Shown here piece by piece: positions 8,657 through 16,748 of a stretch of DNA of 29,520 nucleotides. The DNA comes from a virus (Duplodnaviria; Caudoviricetes): positions 1-29,520 of IMG/VR virus record IMGVR_UViG_3300025018_000435; one strand, 5' to 3'. Under the pieces are notes generated by a model. The model was not told the origin of the DNA and searched no databases. It saw nothing but the letters and a program-made list of their open reading frames with translations. The position numbers and the translations under genes were made by a program. Within the stretch, counting starts at the first letter, position 1; every line of letters begins with the position of its first letter.

Positions 8657-9790
8657 ATGGTTAATCTAAACAAAGACAGAGAACAAAAAAGAGCTTTAAA
8701 ACTATGGTGGAACAATAAAGGTGTTGGTACTATAGAATCAGCTACAGGTTTTGGAAAATGTAGAGTTGGAGTATTAGCCATATCTGGTATTTATAAAATT
8801 ACAAAAGATAAATTAAATTTTAAAATTCTTATAGTAGTTCCTACTGAAACTATTAAAGATGACTGGAAAAATGAATTTATTAAATGGGGGTTTAAAAATC
8901 TTTTAAAATATGTAGAAATACAATGTATAAATACAGCTAGAAAATATAAAAGTAATTATTATGATATATTAATTTTAGATGAAATTCATAATTATCTTTT
9001 AGGTATAGAAAATTCTAAAATATATAAAAATAACCAATATAAGTATATTTTAGGATTATCTGCAACTATTGATAATAGTTTATTACTTGAATTAAATACT
9101 ATAGCTCCTATATGTTATTCTATGGATTTAAATACTGCTGTAGAATTGGGTTTAGTTACAGATTATATAATATATAATATAGGAGTTAATTTAAATAAAG
9201 AAGAAAAATTATTATATAATAGTCTTACAGAAAAAATAGATTATTATTATAATAAAACTGGTAAAAGGTCTTGGAAAAATATTTCTATAAGAAAAGAACT
9301 TTTATATAATGCTTCTAATAAATTTAAATTATTAAATGATATAGTTAATCTTTTCAATAATGATTATGGTATTATATTTTCAATGAATAAAAATACCTCA
9401 GACTATATTCATTCATTATTCAAAGATATTTCTATACCTCATCATTCAGGTATTTCTAAAAAAAATAGAATACTAAATCTTAAAAAATTTACAGATGGTA
9501 GAACTAAATTAAGAATAATTTCTACAGCTAAAACAATAGATGAAGGTGTAAATCTTCCCAAAGTAAACTATTCTATCATAACTTCTTCTAGTTCAAAGCC
9601 CAAACAAACAATTCAAAGAATTGGAAGAAATATTCGACTTTCTGAAAATAAAGTTAAAGCTTTTATTATTAGAATTTATGTAAAAAATTCTAAGGAAGAA
9701 AGTTGGATAGAAAATAGTCAAGCCAAATTAAAAGTTATAAATCTTTCTTCAATAGAAGAATTAAAAACATATCTATATGACAAAAAATAA
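8657..9790 (+). CDS. Superfamily 2 (DExH) helicase
   Basis: Walker A SATGFGK, Ia VVPT, II LDEIH, III LSAT, V EGVNLP, VI QRIGRNIR. Confidence 0.92.
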   Translation: MVNLNKDREQKRALKLWWNNKGVGTIESATGFGKCRVGVLAISGIYKITKDKLNFKILIVVPTETIKDDWKNEFIKWGFKNLLKYVEIQCINTARKYKSNYYDILILDEIHNYLLGIENSKIYKNNQYKYILGLSATIDNSLLLELNTIAPICYSMDLNTAVELGLVTDYIIYNIGVNLNKEEKLLYNSLTEKIDYYYNKTGKRSWKNISIRKELLYNASNKFKLLNDIVNLFNNDYGIIFSMNKNTSDYIHSLFKDISIPHHSGISKKNRILNLKKFTDGRTKLRIISTAKTIDEGVNLPKVNYSIITSSSSKPKQTIQRIGRNIRLSENKVKAFIIRIYVKNSKEESWIENSQAKLKVINLSSIEELKTYLYDKK

Positions 9791-10043
9791 ATTAGAAAGA
9801 GTATCTCAATCTCAACTAGGAGGATTTATAAATTTGATACATCAAGAATACTCTATAGAAACTATTAAAAGTAGAAAACATTTAGCTTCATTAGTAGCTA
9901 GAGAGTTTTCTGTAGATTGTAAAACAAGTGATATAACAAAATTTTATGAACTAGATAAAGAAATATCTGAAAATTCTGTATTATTAGAACCATCAGAATT
10001 TGAATCTAGAGCTATTGAATATAATATTAAAACCAATTATTAA
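9777..10043 (+). CDS. Hypothetical protein
   Basis: 88-aa ORF overlapping the helicase stop. Confidence 0.7.
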   Translation: MTKNKLERVSQSQLGGFINLIHQEYSIETIKSRKHLASLVAREFSVDCKTSDITKFYELDKEISENSVLLEPSEFESRAIEYNIKTNY

Positions 10044-10052
10044 AAAAAAATT

Positions 10053-10517
10053 ATGAAAAAACCAATTATTAAAAAAGAATTAATAAATCCAGCAGTAAAA
10101 AAAGGAGATGTAATTATATTATTAAAAGCTAGAAATGGACAAATTGATTGTCTTAATATTCCAATGGAAGTAATTACAGAAAGAAGTGTAAGAACTAAAA
10201 CTACTTTTAATATAAAAAATCCTAAAACAGGTTTAATAAAAACAATTTACTATACTACTCCATCTGATGAATTTATATTAGCTACAAGAGAAAATGAAAT
10301 TGAATATTTAAAAATTAAAAATATTGAATTAAATGATAATATTATTGAAAATAATAATAGAATTAAATTTTTAATAGAATATAAAACAGAAGAAGATTTT
10401 GTTGCTGATAAATTAGATAGTATTTTAACTGCTCATTCTGAAAATAAAACCAAAGGTTCTAGAGTAAAAGCTATATCATGTATTCTTAAAGAATTAAAAG
10501 AATCTAATTTATTATAA
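10053..10517 (+). CDS. Hypothetical protein
   Basis: 154-aa ORF, A-rich leader. Confidence 0.75.
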   Translation: MKKPIIKKELINPAVKKGDVIILLKARNGQIDCLNIPMEVITERSVRTKTTFNIKNPKTGLIKTIYYTTPSDEFILATRENEIEYLKIKNIELNDNIIENNNRIKFLIEYKTEEDFVADKLDSILTAHSENKTKGSRVKAISCILKELKESNLL

Positions 10518-10535
10518 ATTATTAAAAATTAAAAT

Positions 10536-10943
10536 ATGAATGAATTTGATGAAATGAATAGAATGTTAACATTATTAGAATCTGAAAATATGGATAATAA
10601 TACTGTTACATTGATTAACGGATGGAAAATAGGAGATGAAGTTAGAAATGTTAATGATGATGAAGATATTGGTACAATTACTAGTATAAATAATGACTAT
10701 GAATTTATAATAGATAATAATTGGGATGCTCATATTGATGATTACGATAAAGTAATGAGGGATATTTTTAATGAAGATAGCAATCTATTGCCAAAAGATG
10801 TTTTTCAATTAAAAGAAACTATCAATGAGGATAAAACTAATAAATTAAAATCATTAAATAATATAAATTCTTTAATTAAAAATAGAAGTAAAGGATTAAA
10901 TTTATATATTATAAATTCCCCTAAATACAATAAAATAAAATAA
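10536..10943 (+). CDS. Hypothetical protein (acidic, possible SH3-like segment WKIGDEVR...IGTITSI)
   Basis: 135-aa ORF; fold guess is from sequence pattern only. Confidence 0.65.
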   Translation: MNEFDEMNRMLTLLESENMDNNTVTLINGWKIGDEVRNVNDDEDIGTITSINNDYEFIIDNNWDAHIDDYDKVMRDIFNEDSNLLPKDVFQLKETINEDKTNKLKSLNNINSLIKNRSKGLNLYIINSPKYNKIK

Positions 10944-11014
10944 AATAATTAAAATAAAAAAAATCACTAAAAATAAATTAATAATATTATTAAAAAATCA
11001 AAAAATTTAAAAAA

Positions 11015-11278
11015 ATGAAATACGAAAAATTAATCTTTCCTGATGAAAAAAAAGTAGAAACTGCTAAAAAAACAGAAGCTGTTGAAGATGCTCAAATTGA
11101 AATGTATAATGCTATTGCAGCAGCAAATAAAGCAATTAGAGAACGTAGTAAATATGTAGCTCTTGCTAAAAGAACAGTTCCTTTTAGCCCTAGTGCAGTT
11201 ATTGAAGCTAATTATGAATTATCTCAAGCTGAAGAAGTTTTAAAAGAATTACAATCTTTAAATGATGAGTTATTTTAA
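11015..11278 (+). CDS. Small Ala/Glu-rich helical protein
   Basis: 87-aa ORF flanked by long non-coding spacers that are complementary to each other. Confidence 0.8.
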   Translation: MKYEKLIFPDEKKVETAKKTEAVEDAQIEMYNAIAAANKAIRERSKYVALAKRTVPFSPSAVIEANYELSQAEEVLKELQSLNDELF

Positions 11279-11313
11279 ATAAACAATATTAAATAATTTG
11301 TAAAAAGTATTTA

Positions 11314-11361
11314 AATTAGTGTAATTAACTTTTTTAGTGATTTTTGTTAATTATACTAATT
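11314..11361 (+). promoter_or_regulatory. 16-bp hairpin whose 16-nt loop is antisense to the leader of the upstream gene
   Basis: Stem aattagtgtaattaac (11314-11329)/gttaattatactaatt (11346-11361), one G.U pair; loop 11331-11345 tttttagtgattttt is the exact reverse complement of 10959-10973 aaaaatcactaaaaa. Confidence 0.6.
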
Positions 11362-11433
11362 ATATTTAATTTTTAAGTATTTATCTTTTATTATATATAA
11401 ATTCTTTTATTTGTATATATAAAAATATAAAAA

Positions 11434-11619
11434 ATGCTTAAAGGAGAAAAAATAAATACAAAAAAAGATAAAAGATTCTATCTTTGTGAAGAATGTTTTG
11501 GAGGTAAAGATATTTTCAATGGAGAAGATTATGTTAAATGTCTTACTTGTTCAGGAAAAGGAAGAACTACTAAAACTAACAATTATAAATTTTTATCTAC
11601 AATTACAAATCAAGATTGA
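11434..11619 (+). CDS. Small zinc-finger protein (DnaJ-type CxxCxGxG repeats)
   Basis: CEECFGG and CLTCSGKG. Confidence 0.7.
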   Translation: MLKGEKINTKKDKRFYLCEECFGGKDIFNGEDYVKCLTCSGKGRTTKTNNYKFLSTITNQD

Positions 11620-11644
11620 TATTAATTAAAATAATTTAAAATTT

Positions 11645-12226
11645 ATGGATAATAATGTAGAAACTTCTACTTATCCTAAATTAATTATTGATACTTCTTT
11701 AGTTTTTGAAGAAGAATTAACTCCTGATATGTATTTGTTATTATATTTGAAATATAATAATAGTAAACATATTAAGTTATTAAATTTAACTATATCTAAT
11801 AAAGTATTAGAATATTTAAATAATCTTAATTATATTAAAATTACAGAAGATGGATTTCAATTAAGAAGTAAAGGTATTTCTTTATTTGATTCTAGTAATT
11901 TTGAAAAAATGTTTTATGAATTACTTTCTTTATACCCTATTAAAGTAAATAGTGGTGGAACTGTTAGAGTATTAAGGTCTAGAGACCTAGATGCTTTAAT
12001 TAATAAAAAATGTAAAGATAAATATTTTAAAATAATTAAGAATAATAAAAGATTGCATGATAAAATAATTAAAAATTTAGAAAAGGAATTGTCTTATAAA
12101 AAACATTCTAATTCTATGGGTTATATGCAAACTTTAGAAGTATGGCTTAATAAACGTACATGGGAGTTATATGATGATGAAGATTTAGAAGTAGAAGAAA
12201 ATAGTAGTGAAGAATCTTTAAATTAA
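11645..12226 (+). CDS. Putative replication initiator / helicase-loader-like protein
   Basis: Directly upstream of the DnaB-like gene; possible winged-helix N-terminus, YP...WLN..TWE C-terminal pattern, acidic tail. Function is inferred from context. Confidence 0.5.
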   Translation: MDNNVETSTYPKLIIDTSLVFEEELTPDMYLLLYLKYNNSKHIKLLNLTISNKVLEYLNNLNYIKITEDGFQLRSKGISLFDSSNFEKMFYELLSLYPIKVNSGGTVRVLRSRDLDALINKKCKDKYFKIIKNNKRLHDKIIKNLEKELSYKKHSNSMGYMQTLEVWLNKRTWELYDDEDLEVEENSSEESLN

Positions 12227-12230
12227 AATT

Positions 12231-13328
12231 ATGTTTTTAAAAGAAGTAGATGATGGTATAGCTGGTAGAAATACTGGTTTAATAACTTCTTTGAAAAAAT
12301 TATCTAAATTCATAAATAATATTCAAAAAAAAACATATTACGTTATTGGTGCAAATCAAAAAACTGGTAAAACAGCTTTTTCAGATTTCCTATTTATTTT
12401 AGGACCATATGTAATGAATAAAAATTTGAATGTTAAATATATATATTTTTCTTTTGAAATTGATTTAATAGAAAAAATGGCAAAATTTTGTGCATTTTTT
12501 ATGGATTACAAATATGGAATATATTGTGATTCAAATTATATATTAAGTAGAGGAGAAGATAAATTAAGTCTTGAACATAGAAAATTAGTTCAAGATATAT
12601 ATAATAATGAATTAGTAGATTTATTTGGAGAATATGACGAAGAAGGTAATTTAATAAAAGAAGGTAAAATAATATTTTTTCAAGATAAATTAAATCCTGA
12701 AGGAATTAGAAAGTATCTTCTTAATTATGCTTCTAATATAGGTAAATTTATATATTCTAAATACAATATTAATGAAAATGGTAAATCTATAGAAAAACAA
12801 AAAATAGCAGGGTTTGTTGAAAAAGATTCCAAGTTATTTACTTTTATTATAGTAGACCATGTAGGTTTATTAAAACGTGAAAGAGGATTTTCTAAAAAAG
12901 AAAATATAGATAAATTTTCTGAACATATGGTTTTTTTTAGAAATGTATGTAAATTTTCACCTATAGCAATATCTCAATTTAATAGAGATTTAGGTAAAAT
13001 AGATAGATTAAAGTTTTCTGGAGAAGATTTACAACCCTCTATAGAGGATTTTAAAGACACTGGAAGTCTTGCAGAAGATGCTTCATTAGTGATGGCATTA
13101 TTTAATCCGACATTATTACCTCATCTTAGAAAACATAAACAATATGATTTAAAGAAAATAGGTAAGGGATATAGGTCATTACATATTTTAGCATCTAGAA
13201 ATACTCCAACTGGAGTATCAGTATCTTTATTATTAGAAGGAAAAACAGGTAATTTTAAAGAATTACCTAATAATGATGAAATGAGTAAACTTGAAAAAGT
13301 TTATGAATATGTACAAAAATTAAAATAA
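12231..13328 (+). CDS. dnaB: DnaB-like (SF4) replicative helicase
   Basis: H1 GANQKTGKT, H1a YFSFEI, H2 IIVDHVGL, H3 ISQFNR, H4 DFKDTGSLAEDAS. Confidence 0.88.
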   Translation: MFLKEVDDGIAGRNTGLITSLKKLSKFINNIQKKTYYVIGANQKTGKTAFSDFLFILGPYVMNKNLNVKYIYFSFEIDLIEKMAKFCAFFMDYKYGIYCDSNYILSRGEDKLSLEHRKLVQDIYNNELVDLFGEYDEEGNLIKEGKIIFFQDKLNPEGIRKYLLNYASNIGKFIYSKYNINENGKSIEKQKIAGFVEKDSKLFTFIIVDHVGLLKRERGFSKKENIDKFSEHMVFFRNVCKFSPIAISQFNRDLGKIDRLKFSGEDLQPSIEDFKDTGSLAEDASLVMALFNPTLLPHLRKHKQYDLKKIGKGYRSLHILASRNTPTGVSVSLLLEGKTGNFKELPNNDEMSKLEKVYEYVQKLK

Positions 13329-13335
13329 ATTAAAA

Positions 13336-14079
13336 ATGGTAAATTTACCTAAAAAACCTACAGAACCAATTACTAAAAATGCTCAATTTATGATTATTTT
13401 TTCTAAACCAAAAGCTGGTAAAACAACAGCTATGAGTTTATTAAAAAATAATTTAATAATTGATATAGAAGAAGGAAGTGATTTTGTAGGAGGATTAAAA
13501 GTTAAAGCAAATAATTTATCAGAACTTTCAGAGATTAAAAAATCTTTACAAGAAGAAGCTAAAAATGGTTTTAAATATGATTATATTACTATAGATACTG
13601 CAACAGCTTTAGAAGATATTGTAAATCCATTAGCAACTAAATTATATCAAAATACCCCAATGGGTAAAACATATGGTAGTAAACCAGGTGAAGATGATGT
13701 AAAAAAGTTACCCAATGGTGCTGGATATTTATATCTAAGAGAAGCATATATGCAAGTAATAGAGGGATTTAAACCTTTAGTAGGTAAATGTTTAATATTA
13801 TTAGGTCATGTAGCAGACAAAATGATTAACAAAAATGGAGAGGAAGTGTCAGAAATGTCATTAGATTTAACAGGAAAGTTAGGAAGAATTGTTTATTCTA
13901 AAGCTGATGCTATTGGATATTTATATAGAGATAAAAATAAATGTATGTTAAATTTTAATGGAGGTGGAGATGCTATAATAGAAGCAAGACCTACACATTT
14001 AGCAGGACAATTAATTACTTTAACTGAAAAAAATGATAAAGGTGAAATAATCTCAAATTGGGATAAAATCTTTATTTAA
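13336..14079 (+). CDS. AAA-type ATPase, Sak4-like single-strand annealing protein
   Basis: Walker A SKPKAGKTT, IIDIEEGS, Walker B ITIDT, LLGH; followed by the SSB gene. Confidence 0.8.
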   Translation: MVNLPKKPTEPITKNAQFMIIFSKPKAGKTTAMSLLKNNLIIDIEEGSDFVGGLKVKANNLSELSEIKKSLQEEAKNGFKYDYITIDTATALEDIVNPLATKLYQNTPMGKTYGSKPGEDDVKKLPNGAGYLYLREAYMQVIEGFKPLVGKCLILLGHVADKMINKNGEEVSEMSLDLTGKLGRIVYSKADAIGYLYRDKNKCMLNFNGGGDAIIEARPTHLAGQLITLTEKNDKGEIISNWDKIFI

Positions 14080-14115
14080 TTAACAAAAAAATTAATTTAA
14101 ACTTAAAAATAAAAT

Positions 14116-14739
14116 ATGTTTAATACACAAGGAACAAACACTCAAGAGGGTGGAATTAGTAAATTTATAAAACCAGGAGTTTACGTATGTAGAATTAAAG
14201 GTTTTGAATACATAGAATCTAAAAATGGTACTCCAGGAGTAGAAATTACATTTGAATCATCACCTGTAGAAGGTTTAACTGATGATAATGGTAATTCTAT
14301 TGGACAAATAGCTATTGAAACTATGTGGTTATCAGATAAAGCTTGGAGCTTTACAATGGGTAATAATAGAGAAGGTGGCACTAAAGTAAGATTAGCTATT
14401 ATTGCTGATAAATTAGGAGTAAGAGAAGAATTAGATAATATTAAAGCTGGTACTCCTAAAGAATATGTAGAAGCTACTAAACCTTTATTTAAAGGTAAAA
14501 CAGCAAGATGGGCTTTTGGAGGAGAAGAAATTGCTGCTTCAAGTGCTGATAAAATAAATTGGGTGAAATCATTTTTATTACCTTTTAAATTTATAGAAAG
14601 TATTGAAGAAGTACCAAACAGTGAAAATACTACATTAGTATATGATAAAACTAATAGTTATCATTATAAAGCATTAAATAATACTAGTGCTATTATATTA
14701 AATAATGATAATGAAGGTGATGATTTACCTTGGGATTAA
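14116..14739 (+). CDS. Single-stranded DNA-binding protein (phage type)
   Basis: IKPGVY...ESKNGTPGVEITF N-terminus, acidic-aromatic tail NDNEGDDLPWD, position after the Sak4-like gene. Confidence 0.72.
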   Translation: MFNTQGTNTQEGGISKFIKPGVYVCRIKGFEYIESKNGTPGVEITFESSPVEGLTDDNGNSIGQIAIETMWLSDKAWSFTMGNNREGGTKVRLAIIADKLGVREELDNIKAGTPKEYVEATKPLFKGKTARWAFGGEEIAASSADKINWVKSFLLPFKFIESIEEVPNSENTTLVYDKTNSYHYKALNNTSAIILNNDNEGDDLPWD

Positions 14740-14746
14740 TATGATT

Positions 14747-14784
14747 AATATACAGAACTCTATAAAAAGGTTCTGTATATTTTT
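14747..14784 (+). terminator. Intrinsic terminator after ssb
   Basis: 12-bp stem aatatacagaac/gttctgtatatt running into a T tract. Confidence 0.75.
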
Positions 14785-14805
14785 ATAATTTATTTAAACA
14801 ATAAT

Positions 14806-15816
14806 ATGTATACAACAAAAGGATATGTGGAAATTACTAAAGAGTTTATTTTAACTAGAATTAATGAATATGATATTTTTAAATATTATATATCTGATTT
14901 TCAAATTATAGGTAAAAAATTTAGTAGTCCTTTTAGAAAAGATACTGACCCCAGTTGTTGTATTCGTGAATATAATGGAAATTTATTTATGAAAGATTTT
15001 ACTTCTAATAGAAGTTATACTTTTGAACCATTAATAATGGAATTATATTCTTTAAATTATAATCAAGCATTATTAAAAGTAGCAAATGATTTTGATTTAT
15101 ATAAAATACCAATTAATAGTATTTTAAAAACAAAGTATGATAATGATAAAATTAAAAGTAATTTTAATAAAAAAACTATCATTCATATAAAAATTAGAGA
15201 TTGGAATAAAGATATAGATTATAATTATTGGAATACTAATGGTATTAATATTAAAACTTTAATTAAATTTAAAGTATTTCCAATTAGTAAACTTTGGATA
15301 AATCATTTATGTATTAAATGTAAATATCCTACATATGCTTATTATTTTAAACAAAATTATGAATTTAAAATATTAACTCCTTCTATTAAAGGAGATGGTA
15401 AATGGTATTCAAATACAACAATTAACACTTTACAAGGTTATGAACAATTACCTGAGGTTGGAGAATTATTAATAATAACATCATCTTTAAAAGATGGTAT
15501 GTTTTTAACTCAAAGAGGATATAATTCACTAGCTCCTCAGAGTGAAAGTTCTTTAATTAGTAAAGAAAAAATACAAGAATTAAAAAGTAGATTTAAGACA
15601 TTAATATTATTTTATGATAATGATGGAGATATTAATCCTCAACCTGGAGAGCCTAAAAAAGGTAAATATTGGTCCACTAAAAATAGTTTAGAATATGGTA
15701 TTCCAAAAATAGAATTACCAGAAGGAGAAAAAGATATTACAGATTATTATAAAAAATATGGTGAAAAACCTACAATGAAAACATTCAAAGAAATATTAAA
15801 TGAAGTTTATAAATGA
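14806..15816 (+). CDS. dnaG: DNA primase (DnaG/TOPRIM, crAss-like type)
   Basis: N-terminal SPFRKDTDPSC zinc-domain-like motif; TOPRIM LIITSSLKD...APQSE...FYDND; KDITDY. Confidence 0.85.
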   Translation: MYTTKGYVEITKEFILTRINEYDIFKYYISDFQIIGKKFSSPFRKDTDPSCCIREYNGNLFMKDFTSNRSYTFEPLIMELYSLNYNQALLKVANDFDLYKIPINSILKTKYDNDKIKSNFNKKTIIHIKIRDWNKDIDYNYWNTNGINIKTLIKFKVFPISKLWINHLCIKCKYPTYAYYFKQNYEFKILTPSIKGDGKWYSNTTINTLQGYEQLPEVGELLIITSSLKDGMFLTQRGYNSLAPQSESSLISKEKIQELKSRFKTLILFYDNDGDINPQPGEPKKGKYWSTKNSLEYGIPKIELPEGEKDITDYYKKYGEKPTMKTFKEILNEVYK

Positions 15817-16255
15817 AACTTTTTTTATTCCAAATAATGTTCCTTCTTTAAAGAATAGTAAAATAAAAACATCTAAAGGTATTTTTAGTTCTAAAACAGT
15901 TACTAGATATATTAGAAGTTTTAATATTATTAAATATTCTTGTAGAGATAAATATGTAAATCATAAGAAAAATTCAGAGCCTATACTTTTTAATATATGT
16001 TCAAAATATTTTAAAAATATAGATAGAAATAGACCTTTAGAGGTCTATTTTCATTTTATAAGAAGTAGTAGACATAAATTTGATTTCAATAATGCTACAC
16101 AAATTATATCTGATTTATTTACATCTTATGATTTTATAATAGATGATAACATGGATTATTTTATACCATTTCCTTTAAAAATAAAAGGTGAATGGTATTC
16201 TTATAATAAAGATAATCCTGGAGTAATAATAAAAATTAAACAAATTATTAATTAA
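15800..16255 (+). CDS. RusA-like Holliday junction resolvase
   Basis: NVPSLKNS N-terminus, RHKFDFNNATQIISD and IIDDN acidic motifs, NPGVIIKI C-terminal strand. Confidence 0.7.
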   Translation: MKFINETFFIPNNVPSLKNSKIKTSKGIFSSKTVTRYIRSFNIIKYSCRDKYVNHKKNSEPILFNICSKYFKNIDRNRPLEVYFHFIRSSRHKFDFNNATQIISDLFTSYDFIIDDNMDYFIPFPLKIKGEWYSYNKDNPGVIIKIKQIIN

Positions 16256-16272
16256 AATTAAAAATTAAAAAA

Positions 16273-16545
16273 ATGAGTAGAAAAGTAAAAGTATTTAACA
16301 GTGAAACCCAATCAATTACAGAAGTACAAGTAAATGGAACTACATGGGGAGAATTAAAATTAAAATTATCTGAAATAGGTATCAATACTTCTGAAATGAA
16401 AGCTACTATTAGAGAAACAGGTTCTTCATTTGAAACTGATAGTGCTGAAATTCCACAAGGAAAAGGTATAGATATGAATAATAATCCTAATGGATTTGAT
16501 TGTACTATATTCTTAAATCCTATTAAAACTAAATCTGGTAAATAA
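16273..16545 (+). CDS. Putative ubiquitin-like (beta-grasp) modifier
   Basis: 90 aa; strand-strand-helix-strand pattern (RKVKVF / TEVQV / TTWGELKLKLSE / KATIR / CTIFL) and a C-terminal tail PIKTKSG-K; first gene of the E2-JAB-E1 cluster. Confidence 0.72.
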   Translation: MSRKVKVFNSETQSITEVQVNGTTWGELKLKLSEIGINTSEMKATIRETGSSFETDSAEIPQGKGIDMNNNPNGFDCTIFLNPIKTKSGK

Positions 16546-16556
16546 TAAAAAATAAT

Positions 16557-16748
16557 ATGGAAGATAACCAAATAAAAGAAAAATCTTCTATAACTATAAA
16601 AGATAAGGAATCTAATTTTGATTCCTTATCTTCTTTAGAAGATGGTAGTTTAGAAAAAAATATAGAACTTATTAATATAATATTTGATTTACATTTAAAA
16701 CAAGATAATAATGGAAGTAAAAATAAAGAAGAATATATTCCCTTCTAA
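16557..16748 (+). CDS. Small hypothetical protein, largely polar/acidic
   Basis: 63-aa ORF between Ubl and E2-like genes, ends EEYIPF. Confidence 0.55.
   Translation: MEDNQIKEKSSITIKDKESNFDSLSSLEDGSLEKNIELINIIFDLHLKQDNNGSKNKEEYIPF

Noticed and set aside
11362-11433. Bacteroidota promoter upstream of the zinc-finger/initiator/dnaB genes
   Set aside because: Best match TTTATTTG deviates from TAnnTTTG and no convincing -33 box is present; not distinguishable from AT-rich background.
16540-16748. Read-through fusion of Ubl with the 63-aa ORF
   Set aside because: Ubl ends in a double TAA and the next ORF is in a different frame with its own A-rich leader.
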